This document shows positions 9,115-21,606 of a stretch of 64,000 nucleotides of DNA, one piece after another. The stretch is taken from assembly GCA_963732385.1 (NCBI GenBank), contig CAVSZB010000007.1:864001-928000 (forward strand), read 5' to 3'. The notes under the pieces are model-generated. The model did no database searches and was not told the origin of the DNA. It was given only the letters and a program-made list of their open reading frames with translations. Numbering within the stretch: position 1 is the first letter of the stretch; each line of letters begins with the position of its first letter. A program made the translations under genes and the position numbers. Origin of the DNA: an uncultured bacterium (GTDB lineage: Bacteria > Krumholzibacteriota > Krumholzibacteriia > LZORAL124-64-63).

Positions 9115-10092
9115 TCACCTCGCCGGACCGCGCAGGAGCGCCAGCGCACGCGCGAAGTCCGCCGGCACCGGGGCGTTCAGCACGAGACGCTCGCCGGTGG
9201 CCGGATGCGTCAGCGACAGTTCCGCGGCGTGCAGCATCTGGCGTCCACCCGCCAGCTTCACCAGCAGCAGCGCTTTTTCGCGATCGAGATTATGCACGTT
9301 TTTGGCGCGGCCGTCGTCGCCGTACACCGGATCGCCCACCACGGGATGACCGTGGTGCGCGCAGTGGACCCGAATCTGGTGCGTGCGCCCGGTATCCAGA
9401 CGCGCACGGGTAAGTTGCACGAAACCGAAATCCTCCGCCACCTCGTAGTGCGTGCGCGCCGTCCGTCCCCCGGTCGGCAGCACCGCCATCCGCTGCCGAT
9501 GCAGCGGGCTGCGCCCGATATTCCCCTCCAGCGTACCCTCACGGTCGCGCCAGAAGGCCCAGGTCAGGGCCAGATAGACCCGCCCGAGTTCGCGACGGCG
9601 GAGTTGGGCCGTCAGCGCGCGCATCGCCTCGTCCGTGAGCGCCACGACCAGCAGCCCGGAGGTGTCGCGGTCGAGCCGGTGCACGATGCCGGGGCGGGTC
9701 GCCGGACCGGCCAGTTCACGGCAGTGATGCAGCAGAGCGTTGACGAGGGTGCCGTCGCGGTGGCCGGGCGCCGGATGCACCACCTGTCCCGGCTCCTTGT
9801 CGATGACCAGCAGATGAGCGTCCGCGTGGACGATCCGCAGCGGCAGATCCTGCGCCACGGCATGCGGCGGCGGCGGCGCCGCCGGCGTCAGCACTACGCT
9901 CGCCTGCGCGCGCAGGCGGTAGGACTTCGGACGGGAACGCCCGTCCACGGTGACCCCGCCGGCGGCGAGCGCCTGCTGGACCTGGTGCCGCGACAGGTCG
10001 GGACAGCGGGCGACGAGGAAAAGATCGAGCCGGGCGGAGTCTTCCTCCGGCGTGACCGTGAAAACGCGCACGGTGACGGCGGGTTCAGACAT
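9115..10092 (-). CDS. rluD: RluD-type 23S rRNA pseudouridine synthase
   Basis: S4-like N-terminus; GIVHRLDRDTSG and TGRTHQIRVH motifs. Confidence 0.92.
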   Translation of the reverse strand: MSEPAVTVRVFTVTPEEDSARLDLFLVARCPDLSRHQVQQALAAGGVTVDGRSRPKSYRLRAQASVVLTPAAPPPPHAVAQDLPLRIVHADAHLLVIDKEPGQVVHPAPGHRDGTLVNALLHHCRELAGPATRPGIVHRLDRDTSGLLVVALTDEAMRALTAQLRRRELGRVYLALTWAFWRDREGTLEGNIGRSPLHRQRMAVLPTGGRTARTHYEVAEDFGFVQLTRARLDTGRTHQIRVHCAHHGHPVVGDPVYGDDGRAKNVHNLDREKALLLVKLAGGRQMLHAAELSLTHPATGERLVLNAPVPADFARALALLRGPAR

Positions 10093-10669
10093 GGTCCGCG
10101 TCCTGCGGCGGCGTTTCCGGTGCAGCGGCGGGCCCCGGCACGACGGCGGGCGGCGACGGCGGCAACGGCTCTGCGGCAGCGGCCGGCGACCGCCGCTGGG
10201 CGCGGTTCTCGGTCAGCACCGCCAGGAACAGCGCGGCGCCGCCGAGCGTCACCCCCATGTCGGCGACATTGAAGGTGTAGAAACGATGGGCTCCCACGCC
10301 GAGGTCGATGAAATCGACGACGAGGCCGTGGTAGAAGATCCGGTCGACGAGATTGCCGAGCGCGCCGCCGAGAATCGCGGCCAGCGCGCCCAGGCGCAGG
10401 CGCTGGTCGCGAGGGCCGCGCGTGTAGAGCCAGATCAGCAGCAGGGAGGTCGCGAGGCTGACCCCGATCAGCAGCCAGCGCCCGCCGTGGAACAGGCCCA
10501 TAGCGGCGCCGGGGTTGCGCACGTAGCCGAAGCGGATGAAGTCGCCAAGAACGGGCACACCAGCCCGCAGGACGTCGGCCTGGCCCAGTACGACCCGCTT
10601 GGAGCAGAAATCCGTCACGAGGACGGCGGGCGCCCAGAGCCACGCGGGGAGGGAACGAAGAGGGCTCAA
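10085..10669 (-). CDS. lspA: Signal peptidase II
   Basis: NPGAAMG, GGALGNLVDR, VVDFI and FNVAD motifs; TTG start behind AAGGAGG, overlapping the upstream stop. Confidence 0.93.
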   Translation of the reverse strand: MSPLRSLPAWLWAPAVLVTDFCSKRVVLGQADVLRAGVPVLGDFIRFGYVRNPGAAMGLFHGGRWLLIGVSLATSLLLIWLYTRGPRDQRLRLGALAAILGGALGNLVDRIFYHGLVVDFIDLGVGAHRFYTFNVADMGVTLGGAALFLAVLTENRAQRRSPAAAAEPLPPSPPAVVPGPAAAPETPPQDADHV

Positions 10670-11043
10670 TCGGCCTCCTTCTCCTCCTTCTCCTTGCAGG
10701 CGATGCAGAGCCGGGTGTACGGCAGCGCCTTGATGCGCTCGATCGCGATCTGGCCGTTGCATGATTCGCACCTGCCGTAGGTGCCATCCTCGATGCGCGT
10801 GAGGGCTTCCATAATATGGTAGAGGTAGCGGCCCTCGGTGGTGGCGAACTGGATGGTGGCCTCATACTGGTACTCGTCCGTGCCCTGATCGGCCATGTGG
10901 TTCGAATGCGCCTTGGACAGGTCCGGACCAGGGCCATCGCCTTCGTGCTTGATGATGTTCGAATGTTTGGCGAGGGACTTGCCCACCCGATCCCTTTCCG
11001 CCTCGAGCACGCGTCGAAAACGCTCCAGGTCGGTCTTCCTCAT
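10666..11043 (-). CDS. TraR/DksA-family C4 zinc-finger protein
   Basis: HMADQGTD coiled-coil tip; YGRCESC...RIKALPYTRLCIAC. Confidence 0.9.
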   Translation of the reverse strand: MRKTDLERFRRVLEAERDRVGKSLAKHSNIIKHEGDGPGPDLSKAHSNHMADQGTDEYQYEATIQFATTEGRYLYHIMEALTRIEDGTYGRCESCNGQIAIERIKALPYTRLCIACKEKEEKEAD

Positions 11044-14000
11044 GATCCGCCTCCCGGCTCGGCCGACCGTCGGGCCAGTGCCACCACGATCCGCACGTCA
11101 TCCACCGTGAACTCTTCGCGATGGGGCAAATCTTCCTCCGTCGCGACCGATTCCGCCAGCGTCTCACCCGTGATCCGCGCCCCGTGGGCCGCCATGATCC
11201 GCCCCACGCGCGGCGCGCCGGCCACGGCCAGCCGGATGCGGTCCGAGACCGCCAGGCCGCTCTTCTTGCGCAGGTTCTGCACCCGGTTGATGATCTCGCG
11301 CGCGAGACCTTCGTCCACCAGTTCGTCGGTAAGAGTCGTATCGAGCGCCACTGTAAAGCCGTTTCCGCTGACCGCAATATACGGCGTCACGCCGGCTTCG
11401 GTCACCCCCGCTTCCGCGGAGGTGATCTCCAGGCGTTCCCCCTCCAGATCGACCTCCACCCGCCCCGCGGCGCGCAGAATGGCCGCTTCGGCCGGAGACA
11501 TCGCCGTGATGCGCCGCGCCGCCAAAGGCGCGCGCGGGCCGAAGCGCGGACCGAGCGCCCGGAAGTTGGGGCGCACGGCGAGCGTCAGCACCCTCAGGGG
11601 GTCATCCAGCGCCACGACCTCCCGCACGTTGAGTTCCTCGGCGACCAGCGCGGCCACGGCCACGTTGCCCGTCAGCCGCGCAGCCCGCCCGTCGGCGCCA
11701 TGCACCAGCAGGCGTGCGAGCGGTTGCCGGGTGCGCAGCCCGGCATCCTGACGCAGGGCGCGGCCAAGGCCGACCACTTCCTGGGCGGCGGTCATCTGCG
11801 CCTCGAGCGACTCGTCGCGCCGCGCCGCGTCGGGCAGCGGGTAGTCGGTCAGATGCACCGAAACGTCCGGATCGGCGTGCGCGCGCAGGCCGCGGTACAG
11901 CTCCTCGGCGACGAACGGCACGAACGGCGCCAGCAGGCGCAGCGATGTCTCGAGCACGGTGTACAAAGTGGTGTAGGCGGCGCGCTTGTCGGGCGTGGCC
12001 TCGCCCTTCCAGAAACGGCGCCGGCAGAGCCGCACGTACCAGTTGCTGACATCGTCGACGAGGAACGCCCCGACCGCCTTGGCGGCGCGGGTGAAATTGA
12101 GCTCGTCGAGCGCCGCGCGTGCCTCGACGACGACGGTCTGCAGGCGGCTCAGCACCCAGCGGTCGAGCAGCGCCAGCGCCGTGTCGTCCGCCGCCGCGCC
12201 GACCGCCGGCGCCACGAAGCCGTCGAGATTCGCGTAGAGCGTGAAGAAGGTGTACGTGTTCTCCAGCGTGGCCAGCAGCTTGCGCTGCGCCTCCTTCACC
12301 CCCTCGCGGTCGAAGCGGGTCGGCACCCAGGCCGGCGAGGCGGTCAACAGGTACCAGCGCAGCGGGTCGGCCCCCTCGACGCGCAGGATGTCGCGCGGAT
12401 CGACCGCGTTGCCCTGCGATTTCGACATCTTCCGCCCGTCGCGGTCGAGGATCAGCTCGTGCACGAGACACGACCGGTAGGAGCTGCGACCGGTCAGGAA
12501 GGTGGAGATGACCAGCATCGTGTAGAACCAGCCGCGGGTCTGGTCGATCCCCTCGCTGATGAAATCGGCCGGGAACTGCGAATCGAACAGCTCGCGGTTG
12601 GCGAAGGGATAGTGGTACTGGGCGAACGGCATCGCGCCCGAATCGAACCAGCAGTCGATCACCTCCGGCGTGCGGCGCATCGTGCCGCCGCAGCCGGCGC
12701 GGCAGGCGAACGTGACCTCGTCGACGAAGGGGCGGTGCGGATCGAGCTGCCCGCAATCGCGTCCGCTCCAGGCGGTGAGGTCGGCGCGGCAGGTCGGCAT
12801 GGCCTGCGCGTCGCAGCCGTCGCAGATCCAGACGTTGAGCGGCGTGCCCCAGTAGCGGTTGCGGCTGAGCGACCAGTCGACATTGCCGGCCAGCCAGTTG
12901 CCGAAGCGTGCCTGCCCGACCTCGGGCGGCATCCAGCGGATGTCGGCGTTGGCCGCCGCGAGCTGCTGCCGGAGCTCGCTCGTGCGGATGAACCACGCCG
13001 GCGTGGCGTAGTAGATCAGCGGGGAATCGCAGCGGTCGTGGAACGGGTAATCGTGCGTGTAAGGGGTGTCGGCGAGCAGCTGGCCGCCGTCGCGCAGGTC
13101 GGCGATGATCCGTTGGTCGGCCGCCTTGACGTGCGTGCCGGCGTACGGCGGCACCTCGTCCGTGAACTTCCCCTCGGCATCGACCGGACAGAAGACCGGC
13201 AGGCCGTGCGCCTGGCCGGTCTGGAAGTCATCCTCGCCGAACGCCGGCGCGAGATGGACAATGCCGCTGCCGGTATCAAGGGTGACGTAGTCGGCCGGCA
13301 CGACGCGGAAAGCCGCGGCGCGCAGGCTCTCGGGCAGGAACGGGAAGAGCGGCAGGTAGCGCCGCCCGACCAGTTCGGCCCCCTTCAGCTTGTCCAGTAC
13401 TTCGACCGCGTCGGCGCCGCCGAGCAGATCGAGACGGGCCTCGGCCAGGATCAGCGTCTCGCCGTGGTGGCGCACGCGCACGTAATCGAATTCCGGGCCG
13501 ACCGCGAGACCGACATTCGCCGGCAGGGTCCAGGGGGTGGTGGTCCAGGTGACGAAGTGCTCGTCGGCGTCGGCCGCGCGCAGCCGCACCGCGATCGCCG
13601 GATCGGTGACCTGACGGTAACCGTTGGCCATTTCGTGGCTCGACAGCGGCGTGCCGCACTGCGTGCAGTAGGGCACCACCTTCTGCCCGCGGGTGAGCAG
13701 ACCGGCCTCGCCGAAGCGCGACAGGATCCACCAGACCGACTCGATGTACTCCGGATCATAGGTGACGTAGGGATCGTCGAGATCGACCCAGTAGCCGATC
13801 GCGGCGGTGAACTCGTCCCAGTCGCTCTTGCAGGACCAGACGCTCTCGCGGCAGGCGGCGTTGAAGCGCTCGATTCCGTAGGCTTCGATCGCGCGGCGTC
13901 CCTGGATGCCGAGCCGCTTCTCGACCGCGCGCTCGACCGGCAGCCCGTGCGTGTCCCACCCCGCCTTGCGCAGCACGCGGTGGCCGGTCATGGTCCGGTA

Positions 14001-14237
14001 GCGACACATGACGTCCTTGCACAGGCGGGCCATCACATGGTGCACGCCGGGCAGGCCGTTGGCCGTGGGCGGGCCCTCGTAGAAGACGAAGTCCGCCGCC
14101 CCCTCCCGCTGCGCGATGCTGCGGCGGAAGACATCGTGGTCGCGCCAGAAGGCGCTGATGAGTTGCTCCGACTCCGCGTCGTGGAACTTGCGCGCCAGCG
14201 GCGGGTAGAGCGGGGCGTCCTTGTCCATCATCCTCAT
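11040..14237 (-). CDS. ileS: Isoleucine-tRNA ligase, type 2
   Basis: FYEGPPTANGLPGVHH, GWDTHGLP, WTTTPWTL, EGIDQTRGWF and KMSKS motifs; start reassigned to the MRMMDK ATG cluster. Confidence 0.96.
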   Translation of the reverse strand: MRMMDKDAPLYPPLARKFHDAESEQLISAFWRDHDVFRRSIAQREGAADFVFYEGPPTANGLPGVHHVMARLCKDVMCRYRTMTGHRVLRKAGWDTHGLPVERAVEKRLGIQGRRAIEAYGIERFNAACRESVWSCKSDWDEFTAAIGYWVDLDDPYVTYDPEYIESVWWILSRFGEAGLLTRGQKVVPYCTQCGTPLSSHEMANGYRQVTDPAIAVRLRAADADEHFVTWTTTPWTLPANVGLAVGPEFDYVRVRHHGETLILAEARLDLLGGADAVEVLDKLKGAELVGRRYLPLFPFLPESLRAAAFRVVPADYVTLDTGSGIVHLAPAFGEDDFQTGQAHGLPVFCPVDAEGKFTDEVPPYAGTHVKAADQRIIADLRDGGQLLADTPYTHDYPFHDRCDSPLIYYATPAWFIRTSELRQQLAAANADIRWMPPEVGQARFGNWLAGNVDWSLSRNRYWGTPLNVWICDGCDAQAMPTCRADLTAWSGRDCGQLDPHRPFVDEVTFACRAGCGGTMRRTPEVIDCWFDSGAMPFAQYHYPFANRELFDSQFPADFISEGIDQTRGWFYTMLVISTFLTGRSSYRSCLVHELILDRDGRKMSKSQGNAVDPRDILRVEGADPLRWYLLTASPAWVPTRFDREGVKEAQRKLLATLENTYTFFTLYANLDGFVAPAVGAAADDTALALLDRWVLSRLQTVVVEARAALDELNFTRAAKAVGAFLVDDVSNWYVRLCRRRFWKGEATPDKRAAYTTLYTVLETSLRLLAPFVPFVAEELYRGLRAHADPDVSVHLTDYPLPDAARRDESLEAQMTAAQEVVGLGRALRQDAGLRTRQPLARLLVHGADGRAARLTGNVAVAALVAEELNVREVVALDDPLRVLTLAVRPNFRALGPRFGPRAPLAARRITAMSPAEAAILRAAGRVEVDLEGERLEITSAEAGVTEAGVTPYIAVSGNGFTVALDTTLTDELVDEGLAREIINRVQNLRKKSGLAVSDRIRLAVAGAPRVGRIMAAHGARITGETLAESVATEEDLPHREEFTVDDVRIVVALARRSAEPGGGS

Positions 14238-14281
14238 GATCCCGTGACGGCCGGCGCGGGCGGAGCGACAGCCGGCGTGGT

Positions 14282-15112
14282 TCAGGCGGCCGGCAGCCGC
14301 CGCAGGAAACCGGTCATCAGCGCCTCCAGATGCGGCGTCGCCGCGCTCGCGGTGCGGATGATCTCCTCCACGTTGGCCGGGTGCAGGGCATCGGGGAAGC
14401 AGGCGTCGGTGACGACCGAGACGCCCAGCACCTTCAGCCCCGCGTGAACCGCCACCAGGCACTCCGGCACGATCGACATGCCGACGGTATCGGCGCCCAC
14501 CGCGCGCAGAAAGCGGTATTCCGCGGCCGTTTCCAGGTTCGGACCGGCCACGGCCACGTAGACGGCGCGCCGCAGTTGCAGGCCCGCCGCCAGCGCCACC
14601 GACTCGATCAGCTCGACATGGGCCCGACAATACGGTTCCGACATGTCGGGAAAGCGCGGTCCGAGGCGGTCGTCGTTCGGCCCGATGAGAGGATTGTCGC
14701 CCATCAGGTTGATGTGGTCGGTGATAACCGTCAGGTCGCCCGGGCGCAGCTGCGGATTCATCCCTCCGACGGCGTTCGACATGATCAGTGTCGACACACC
14801 GAGCGCCTTCATCACCCTGACCGGCAGGGTGATCTGCTGCATCGAATAGCCCTCGTAGTAGTGGACCCGCCCCTGCATCGCCATGACCGGCTGCCCGCCG
14901 AGGGTGCCCAGCACCAGGTTGCCGGCGTGGCTCTCCGCCGTGGAGGCGGCGAAATGCGGGATCTCCGCGAAGGGGACGGTCAGCACAGCGTCGATCTGGG
15001 CGGCCAGATCGCCCAGCCCGGTCCCGAGGATCAGACCGACCCGCGGACCGAAATCCGTGCGCGCCCGCAGGTACGCCACGGCCGCTTCGATCTGGTTCCA
15101 GATGCCGCTCAA
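14282..15112 (-). CDS. punA: Purine-nucleoside phosphorylase (trimeric type)
   Basis: ILGTGLG, QGRVHYYEGY, GPNLETAAE and VGMS motifs; TTG start after GGAGG. Confidence 0.92.
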   Translation of the reverse strand: MSGIWNQIEAAVAYLRARTDFGPRVGLILGTGLGDLAAQIDAVLTVPFAEIPHFAASTAESHAGNLVLGTLGGQPVMAMQGRVHYYEGYSMQQITLPVRVMKALGVSTLIMSNAVGGMNPQLRPGDLTVITDHINLMGDNPLIGPNDDRLGPRFPDMSEPYCRAHVELIESVALAAGLQLRRAVYVAVAGPNLETAAEYRFLRAVGADTVGMSIVPECLVAVHAGLKVLGVSVVTDACFPDALHPANVEEIIRTASAATPHLEALMTGFLRRLPAA

Positions 15113-15282
15113 GGCGTGCCTCCCAGGCAATGAACGGGTCAAAATAGCATGGTCGCGTCCGGTGCGACAGGAAAATGAAAGTTGGCCGCAGCGCGGCGCC
15201 GCGCCCCCAGGACCGGCCCCGGAACGGTCGCGGGCGGCCCGCAAGGGACCGCCCGTGCCGTGAAGCCGAGGTTGCCCGCGGC

Positions 15283-16215
15283 CTAGAGGTCGTTCAGTCC
15301 GCGGGTGAAAGAGTCCATGTTCCAGGTACCGACGTTCGCGCGCGCCCCGGACTCGGCCGGTGCCGGGTCGGCCGCCTCCGCCTCGCGGTCGAGCGCGGCG
15401 ACCTCCTCCTGCACCGCGTGCAATGGCTCGAGCAGTTCATCCACGTCCTCGGGCTCCAGATCGGCGCCCGGGCGGTGCGCGGCGGCCGGGGGGGGCGCCG
15501 CCGGCTCGGCCGGGCGGGGCGCCGGCGTGTCGCTCCACGCCTCGGCGCCGGGCGCCGCCTCGGCCCGCCACGGATCAGCGACCGGCCGCTCCGGCGCGCG
15601 TTCCGGCCCGGCCGCGGCGCGGCCCGGTTCGTAATCGCGCCACTCGTCACGCACGCCCTCGTCACGCGGCCGCTCCGACGCGACGGGGATCTCGCCGGCG
15701 GGACGCTGGGGCGCGGACGCCTGGCGCGGGGCCTGCCCCATCAACCGGCGGTCAAGCTCATCGAAGTCGGTCCGGTGGTTCTCGATGAACTGGATCTGCG
15801 CCTCGGCCAGTCCCTTCACACGCGCCAGGAAGGCCTCCTTCTCCTTGTGGAGATCGATGACTTCGCGCCGCAGCTCCGCCGCCTGGCGGCGGTAGTTCTC
15901 GGTCGCCTGCTGCGCCTTCATCTCGGCGTCCTTCAGGATCAGGTCCGCCTCCTTGCGCGCGTTGTCGCGCGCCTCGGCGAGCACGCGCTCGGCGGTCATC
16001 AACGTATCGCGCAGGGTCTTTTCCATGTGGCGGTACTCCTGGATCTTCTCGTCGAGTTCCAGGATCCGCTCGCGCAACTGCTTGTTGTCCAGCAGGACGG
16101 CCTCGTACTCATCGGCCACGGTGGTCAGAAAGGCCTGGACCTCCTCAGCGTCGTAGCCGCGCATGCCCTTCTTGAATTCCTGCTTGCGGACGTCCAGAGG
16201 AGTGATCCTCATCAT
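15283..16215 (-). CDS. divIVA: DivIVA-domain protein with long Pro/Ala/Glu-rich tail
   Basis: ITPLDVRKQEFKKGMRGYDAEEVQAFL followed by a coiled coil. Confidence 0.88.
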   Translation of the reverse strand: MMRITPLDVRKQEFKKGMRGYDAEEVQAFLTTVADEYEAVLLDNKQLRERILELDEKIQEYRHMEKTLRDTLMTAERVLAEARDNARKEADLILKDAEMKAQQATENYRRQAAELRREVIDLHKEKEAFLARVKGLAEAQIQFIENHRTDFDELDRRLMGQAPRQASAPQRPAGEIPVASERPRDEGVRDEWRDYEPGRAAAGPERAPERPVADPWRAEAAPGAEAWSDTPAPRPAEPAAPPPAAAHRPGADLEPEDVDELLEPLHAVQEEVAALDREAEAADPAPAESGARANVGTWNMDSFTRGLNDL

Positions 16216-16299
16216 CTGACCTCCCGGGTTGGGCCCGGCCCTTGGGGACACCGCGCGTCAAACCGCGCGGCCCGGGGTCGCACGCTTTCGCGACCCTTT

Positions 16300-16542
16300 T
16301 CAGCCCCCGGCCAGGAGCCGGCTGGCGAACTGTATCAAAAGGAATGCCAAAAGAGGAGACAGATCAAAACCCGGGATCGGCACCAGGGGGCGCAGCAGCC
16401 GCAGCACCGGCTCGGTCACCCGGATCACCATGATCAGCGAGGGATGCCGCGGCTGCGGGTTGATCCAGCTCAGGATCACGCGGGCCAGGATCAGCCAGGA
16501 ATACACTTTCAGCAGCGCCAGCAGCAGACGGATCAGGAACAT
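16300..16542 (-). CDS. yggT: YggT-family membrane protein
   Basis: RVILSWI..P, TEPVL and DLSPLLA motifs; GGGAGG RBS. Confidence 0.9.
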   Translation of the reverse strand: MFLIRLLLALLKVYSWLILARVILSWINPQPRHPSLIMVIRVTEPVLRLLRPLVPIPGFDLSPLLAFLLIQFASRLLAGG

Positions 16543-16644
16543 CGTGCCGCCTCCCGGCATGGCCTTCCTCCGCGCAGAGGTGGCCGGAAAATTGCCGGCG
16601 CCATCCGCCCCCGGCCGGCAGCGCCTGCCGGAACCGTGCGCCGC

Positions 16645-17373
16645 TCAGGCCCGGGGCCCGAAAATGGCGGTGCCGACCCGCACCAGCGTGGCCCCCTCCT
16701 CCACCGCGATCCCGTAGTCATCCGACATCCCCATGCTCAAGGCGGGCAGCGGCAGCCGCGTGGCCGCGCGGGCCGCTTCGGCCAGGCCTCGCAGGGTGCC
16801 GAAGGTCGCCCGCAACTCCGCCTCGCCGGCGCCGAAACGCGCCATCGTCATCAGTCCCCGCAATTCGAGGTGGGGGCACGATTCGACCAGTCGCGCCGCG
16901 CCTTCGCCGGCTGCCTCCGGCATCACGCCCGCCTTCTGCGGTTCGCGCGTCACGTTCACCTCCAGCAACACCGCCTGGCGCAGTCCCGCCGCCGCGGCCG
17001 CCTGATCGAGGCGTCCGGCGAGCACCAGGTCGTCCACCGCGTGCAGCAGGGCGAAGGGGCCGATCGCCCGGCGCGCCTTGTTGCTCTGGAGATGCCCGAT
17101 GAAGTGCCAGCGCGGCGTCGCCTCCGGCGGCAGTCCGGCCGCGGCCAACAGCGCCGGCAGCGCTTCGGCGCGGGGCAGGGCGTCCTGCACACGATTCTCG
17201 CCGAAATCGCGGTGGCCCGCGCGGCAGGCAGCCACGACCGCCGTCAACGGCGCGGTCTTCGAGACCGCCACGAGCGTGACCGGATCACGCCGACCGGCGC
17301 GGTCACGCGCCCGTTCGATTTGCTCGCGAACGACCGCCAGCCTCGCCTCGATATCACGGGCGGAAGGCTCCAT
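16645..17373 (-). CDS. yggS: PLP homeostasis protein YggS
   Basis: LVAVSKT, FGENRVQ, WHFIGHLQSNK, SMGMSDDY and VRVGTAIFG motifs. Confidence 0.95.
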   Translation of the reverse strand: MEPSARDIEARLAVVREQIERARDRAGRRDPVTLVAVSKTAPLTAVVAACRAGHRDFGENRVQDALPRAEALPALLAAAGLPPEATPRWHFIGHLQSNKARRAIGPFALLHAVDDLVLAGRLDQAAAAAGLRQAVLLEVNVTREPQKAGVMPEAAGEGAARLVESCPHLELRGLMTMARFGAGEAELRATFGTLRGLAEAARAATRLPLPALSMGMSDDYGIAVEEGATLVRVGTAIFGPRA

Positions 17374-17404
17374 GACGGCTCCCCGGGGCCGACGGCCCGG
17401 ACCG

Positions 17405-18112
17405 CTACCGCCAGCGCAGCAGCAGCGTGGAAGGGTCGAGTTCCAGATGCAGGTCCGCCACCTCGCGGTGCTCGTGGTCCTTGAGAATGCGCACGCGCAC
17501 ATGGTCGGCCTGGGAGTCCAGCAGCACCACGACCGACACGTAGGCATCGTGCCGCGCCACCTCGAACGGGATGCCACGTTCGTCGCACTGCTGTCCCTCT
17601 CGATGCACCAGCGACGAGGTCCAGATCTCGGCATCCCACTCGCGGGCCAGCCGCTGCACTCCCTGCATCTCCCACTCTTCGGTCTGCTCGAAACGCGGCG
17701 TGCCGTCCATGATCACGAACGAAGGCTCGAAGTGCGCGGCCTGACGCAGGAAGCCCACCGACTGCTCGAGCTTTTCGAGCGAGAACGACTTGCGATTGTA
17801 GGCCAGGATATGGCGGTTGCGCTCCAGTTCGAGCAGCTTCTGCACCCGGTCATCGAGCTGTAGATCCTCGGCGAGCGCGTGGAACAGCTGATCGTAGAAG
17901 CGACGCACCGCCTCGACCGATTCCTGCGTGGAGATGTGGAGCACCTTGCGCCCCTGCAGCAGCGCATCGAGCGCCAGGCCGATCAGGAACGCGGTCTTGC
18001 CGACGCCCGCGCGCGACAGCGCCACGCCGATCCGGCCGCGGCCGAGTCCGCCGGCAATGGCCCGCTCGAAAACACGCACCGGGTTCCGCTCCCAGACGTC
18101 CTTCTGCGGCAT
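17405..18112 (-). CDS. RecA/KaiC/DnaB-fold P-loop ATPase of unknown function
   Basis: GGL..G.IGVALSRAGVGKT Walker A, KVLHIS and FVIMDG Walker B. Confidence 0.75.
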   Translation of the reverse strand: MPQKDVWERNPVRVFERAIAGGLGRGRIGVALSRAGVGKTAFLIGLALDALLQGRKVLHISTQESVEAVRRFYDQLFHALAEDLQLDDRVQKLLELERNRHILAYNRKSFSLEKLEQSVGFLRQAAHFEPSFVIMDGTPRFEQTEEWEMQGVQRLAREWDAEIWTSSLVHREGQQCDERGIPFEVARHDAYVSVVVLLDSQADHVRVRILKDHEHREVADLHLELDPSTLLLRWR

Positions 18113-18125
18113 CCTGGTCCCCTCC

Positions 18126-20213
<2,088 letters not shown>

Positions 20214-20332
20214 GGCAGGCTCCGCGCCACGCGGCCTCCCGCGCGGCGTCTCGGTGACAGGGCATCCGGGGGTCGGCCGCCGACGCGCCGGTCGCGAACG
20301 CGACCCGCCCCCCCGGCCGGCAAGCCGGGGCC

Positions 20333-20361
20333 ATAGTAGGGCCCGGCAGGCCGCACCGCAA
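20333..20361 (-). promoter_or_regulatory. Putative sigma70 promoter for fusA
   Basis: TTGCGG-N17-TACTAT. Confidence 0.5.
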
Positions 20362-20398
20362 CCCCGGGCAGCGGCGCGGACCCGCCGCCGTCGCCTTA

Positions 20399-21598
20399 TC
20401 AGTCGATCACGCCGAGCCGGCGGCCGACCGCCGCGAACGCCTCGAGGCACCGGTCCACCTGCTCCGAGGTGTGAGCCGCGGACGCCTGCAAACGGATCCG
20501 GGCCTGTCCCCGCGGCACGACCGGATAGCTGAATCCGATCGCGTAGACCCCCTCCGCCAGCAGTTCGCGTGAGAAGCGCTGGGCCACGACGGCGTCGTCG
20601 GCCTGCCGACGGAAGTGCACCGGCACGATCGGGTGGTCGCCCGGATCGACGTCGAAACCGAGGGCGCGCAGCCCGCCGCGCAGGTGCGTCTGGTTGGCCG
20701 CGAGCCGGGCCCGCGGCGTGGGATCCTCCACCAGGATCCGCAGCACCTCGAGCGCCGCCGCGCAGATCATGGGGGGCAGCGAATTGGAGAAGAGATAGGG
20801 GCGGCTTTTCTGACGCAGCCAGGCGATGACCTCCCGGCGACCGCTCGTGCAACCGCCGAGCGCGCCACCAAGCGCCTTGCCCAGGGTGGTGGTGACGAGA
20901 TCGATCCGCGGCGCGACGCCGAAGCGTTCGCCGGTGCCGCGACCCCCGGGGCCGACGAATCCGGTGGCGTGGCTGTCGTCCACCAGCAGCAGCGCACCGT
21001 GCCGGTCCGCCAGTTCGCAGATCTCCGGCAGGCGGGCGTAGTCTCCGTCCATCGAGAAGACGCCGTCCGTGACGATCAGCCGCCGGCGCGCCCCGGCGCA
21101 GGCGCACAGGGCCTGATCGAGTGCGTCGAGATCGCTGTGCTCGTAGATGTGGCGCGACGCCTTTGCCAGGCGCACCCCGTCGATGATGGAGGCGTGGTTG
21201 AGCCGGTCGGCCACGATCGCGCAGTCCTCGCCCAGCAGCGGCTCGAACACGCCGCCGTTGGCGTCGAAACAGGCGGCATAGAGGAGCGTGTCTTCGGTGC
21301 CGAGAAAGCGGGAGAGCGCCGCCTCCAGCTCCCGGTGCAGACGCGTGGTGCCACAGATGAAGCGCACCGAGCTGAGGCCGAACCCCCACGCGGACAACGC
21401 GCTGCGCGCCGCCTCCACCACGCGCGGATCGGACGCCAGGCCGAGATAGTTGTTCGCGCAGAAGTTGAGCAGGGTCTGCCCGTCGGCGCACACGACCGCA
21501 CCCTGCGGCCCTTCGAGGCTCCGCTCCTCCTTGAAAAGACCCTGCGCGACCAGCGCATCGAGTTCGCGCTGCAGTTCCCGTCCCAGTTCCCCGTACAC
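20399..21598 (-). CDS. kbl: Glycine C-acetyltransferase (2-amino-3-ketobutyrate CoA ligase)
   Basis: [34 protein letters not shown] and RPYLFSNS motifs. Confidence 0.94.
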   Translation of the reverse strand: MYGELGRELQRELDALVAQGLFKEERSLEGPQGAVVCADGQTLLNFCANNYLGLASDPRVVEAARSALSAWGFGLSSVRFICGTTRLHRELEAALSRFLGTEDTLLYAACFDANGGVFEPLLGEDCAIVADRLNHASIIDGVRLAKASRHIYEHSDLDALDQALCACAGARRRLIVTDGVFSMDGDYARLPEICELADRHGALLLVDDSHATGFVGPGGRGTGERFGVAPRIDLVTTTLGKALGGALGGCTSGRREVIAWLRQKSRPYLFSNSLPPMICAAALEVLRILVEDPTPRARLAANQTHLRGGLRALGFDVDPGDHPIVPVHFRRQADDAVVAQRFSRELLAEGVYAIGFSYPVVPRGQARIRLQASAAHTSEQVDRCLEAFAAVGRRLGVID

Positions 21599-21606
21599 CG
21601 TTCTCC

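Noticed and set aside
11121..14447. Very long + strand ORFs (also 2085-4598, 17928-20336, 38137-39810, 39821-42973 and 57077-59773)
   Set aside because: They are antisense shadows of well-supported minus-strand genes, expected from high-GC codon bias, and show no motifs.
20214..21491. Long N-terminal ORF extensions of fusA (likewise ileS, SDH, ppk2, LVIVD and the spermidine synthase fusion)
   Set aside because: They are Arg/Gly/Ala-rich read-through overlapping other genes; RBS-supported or family-consistent starts lie downstream.
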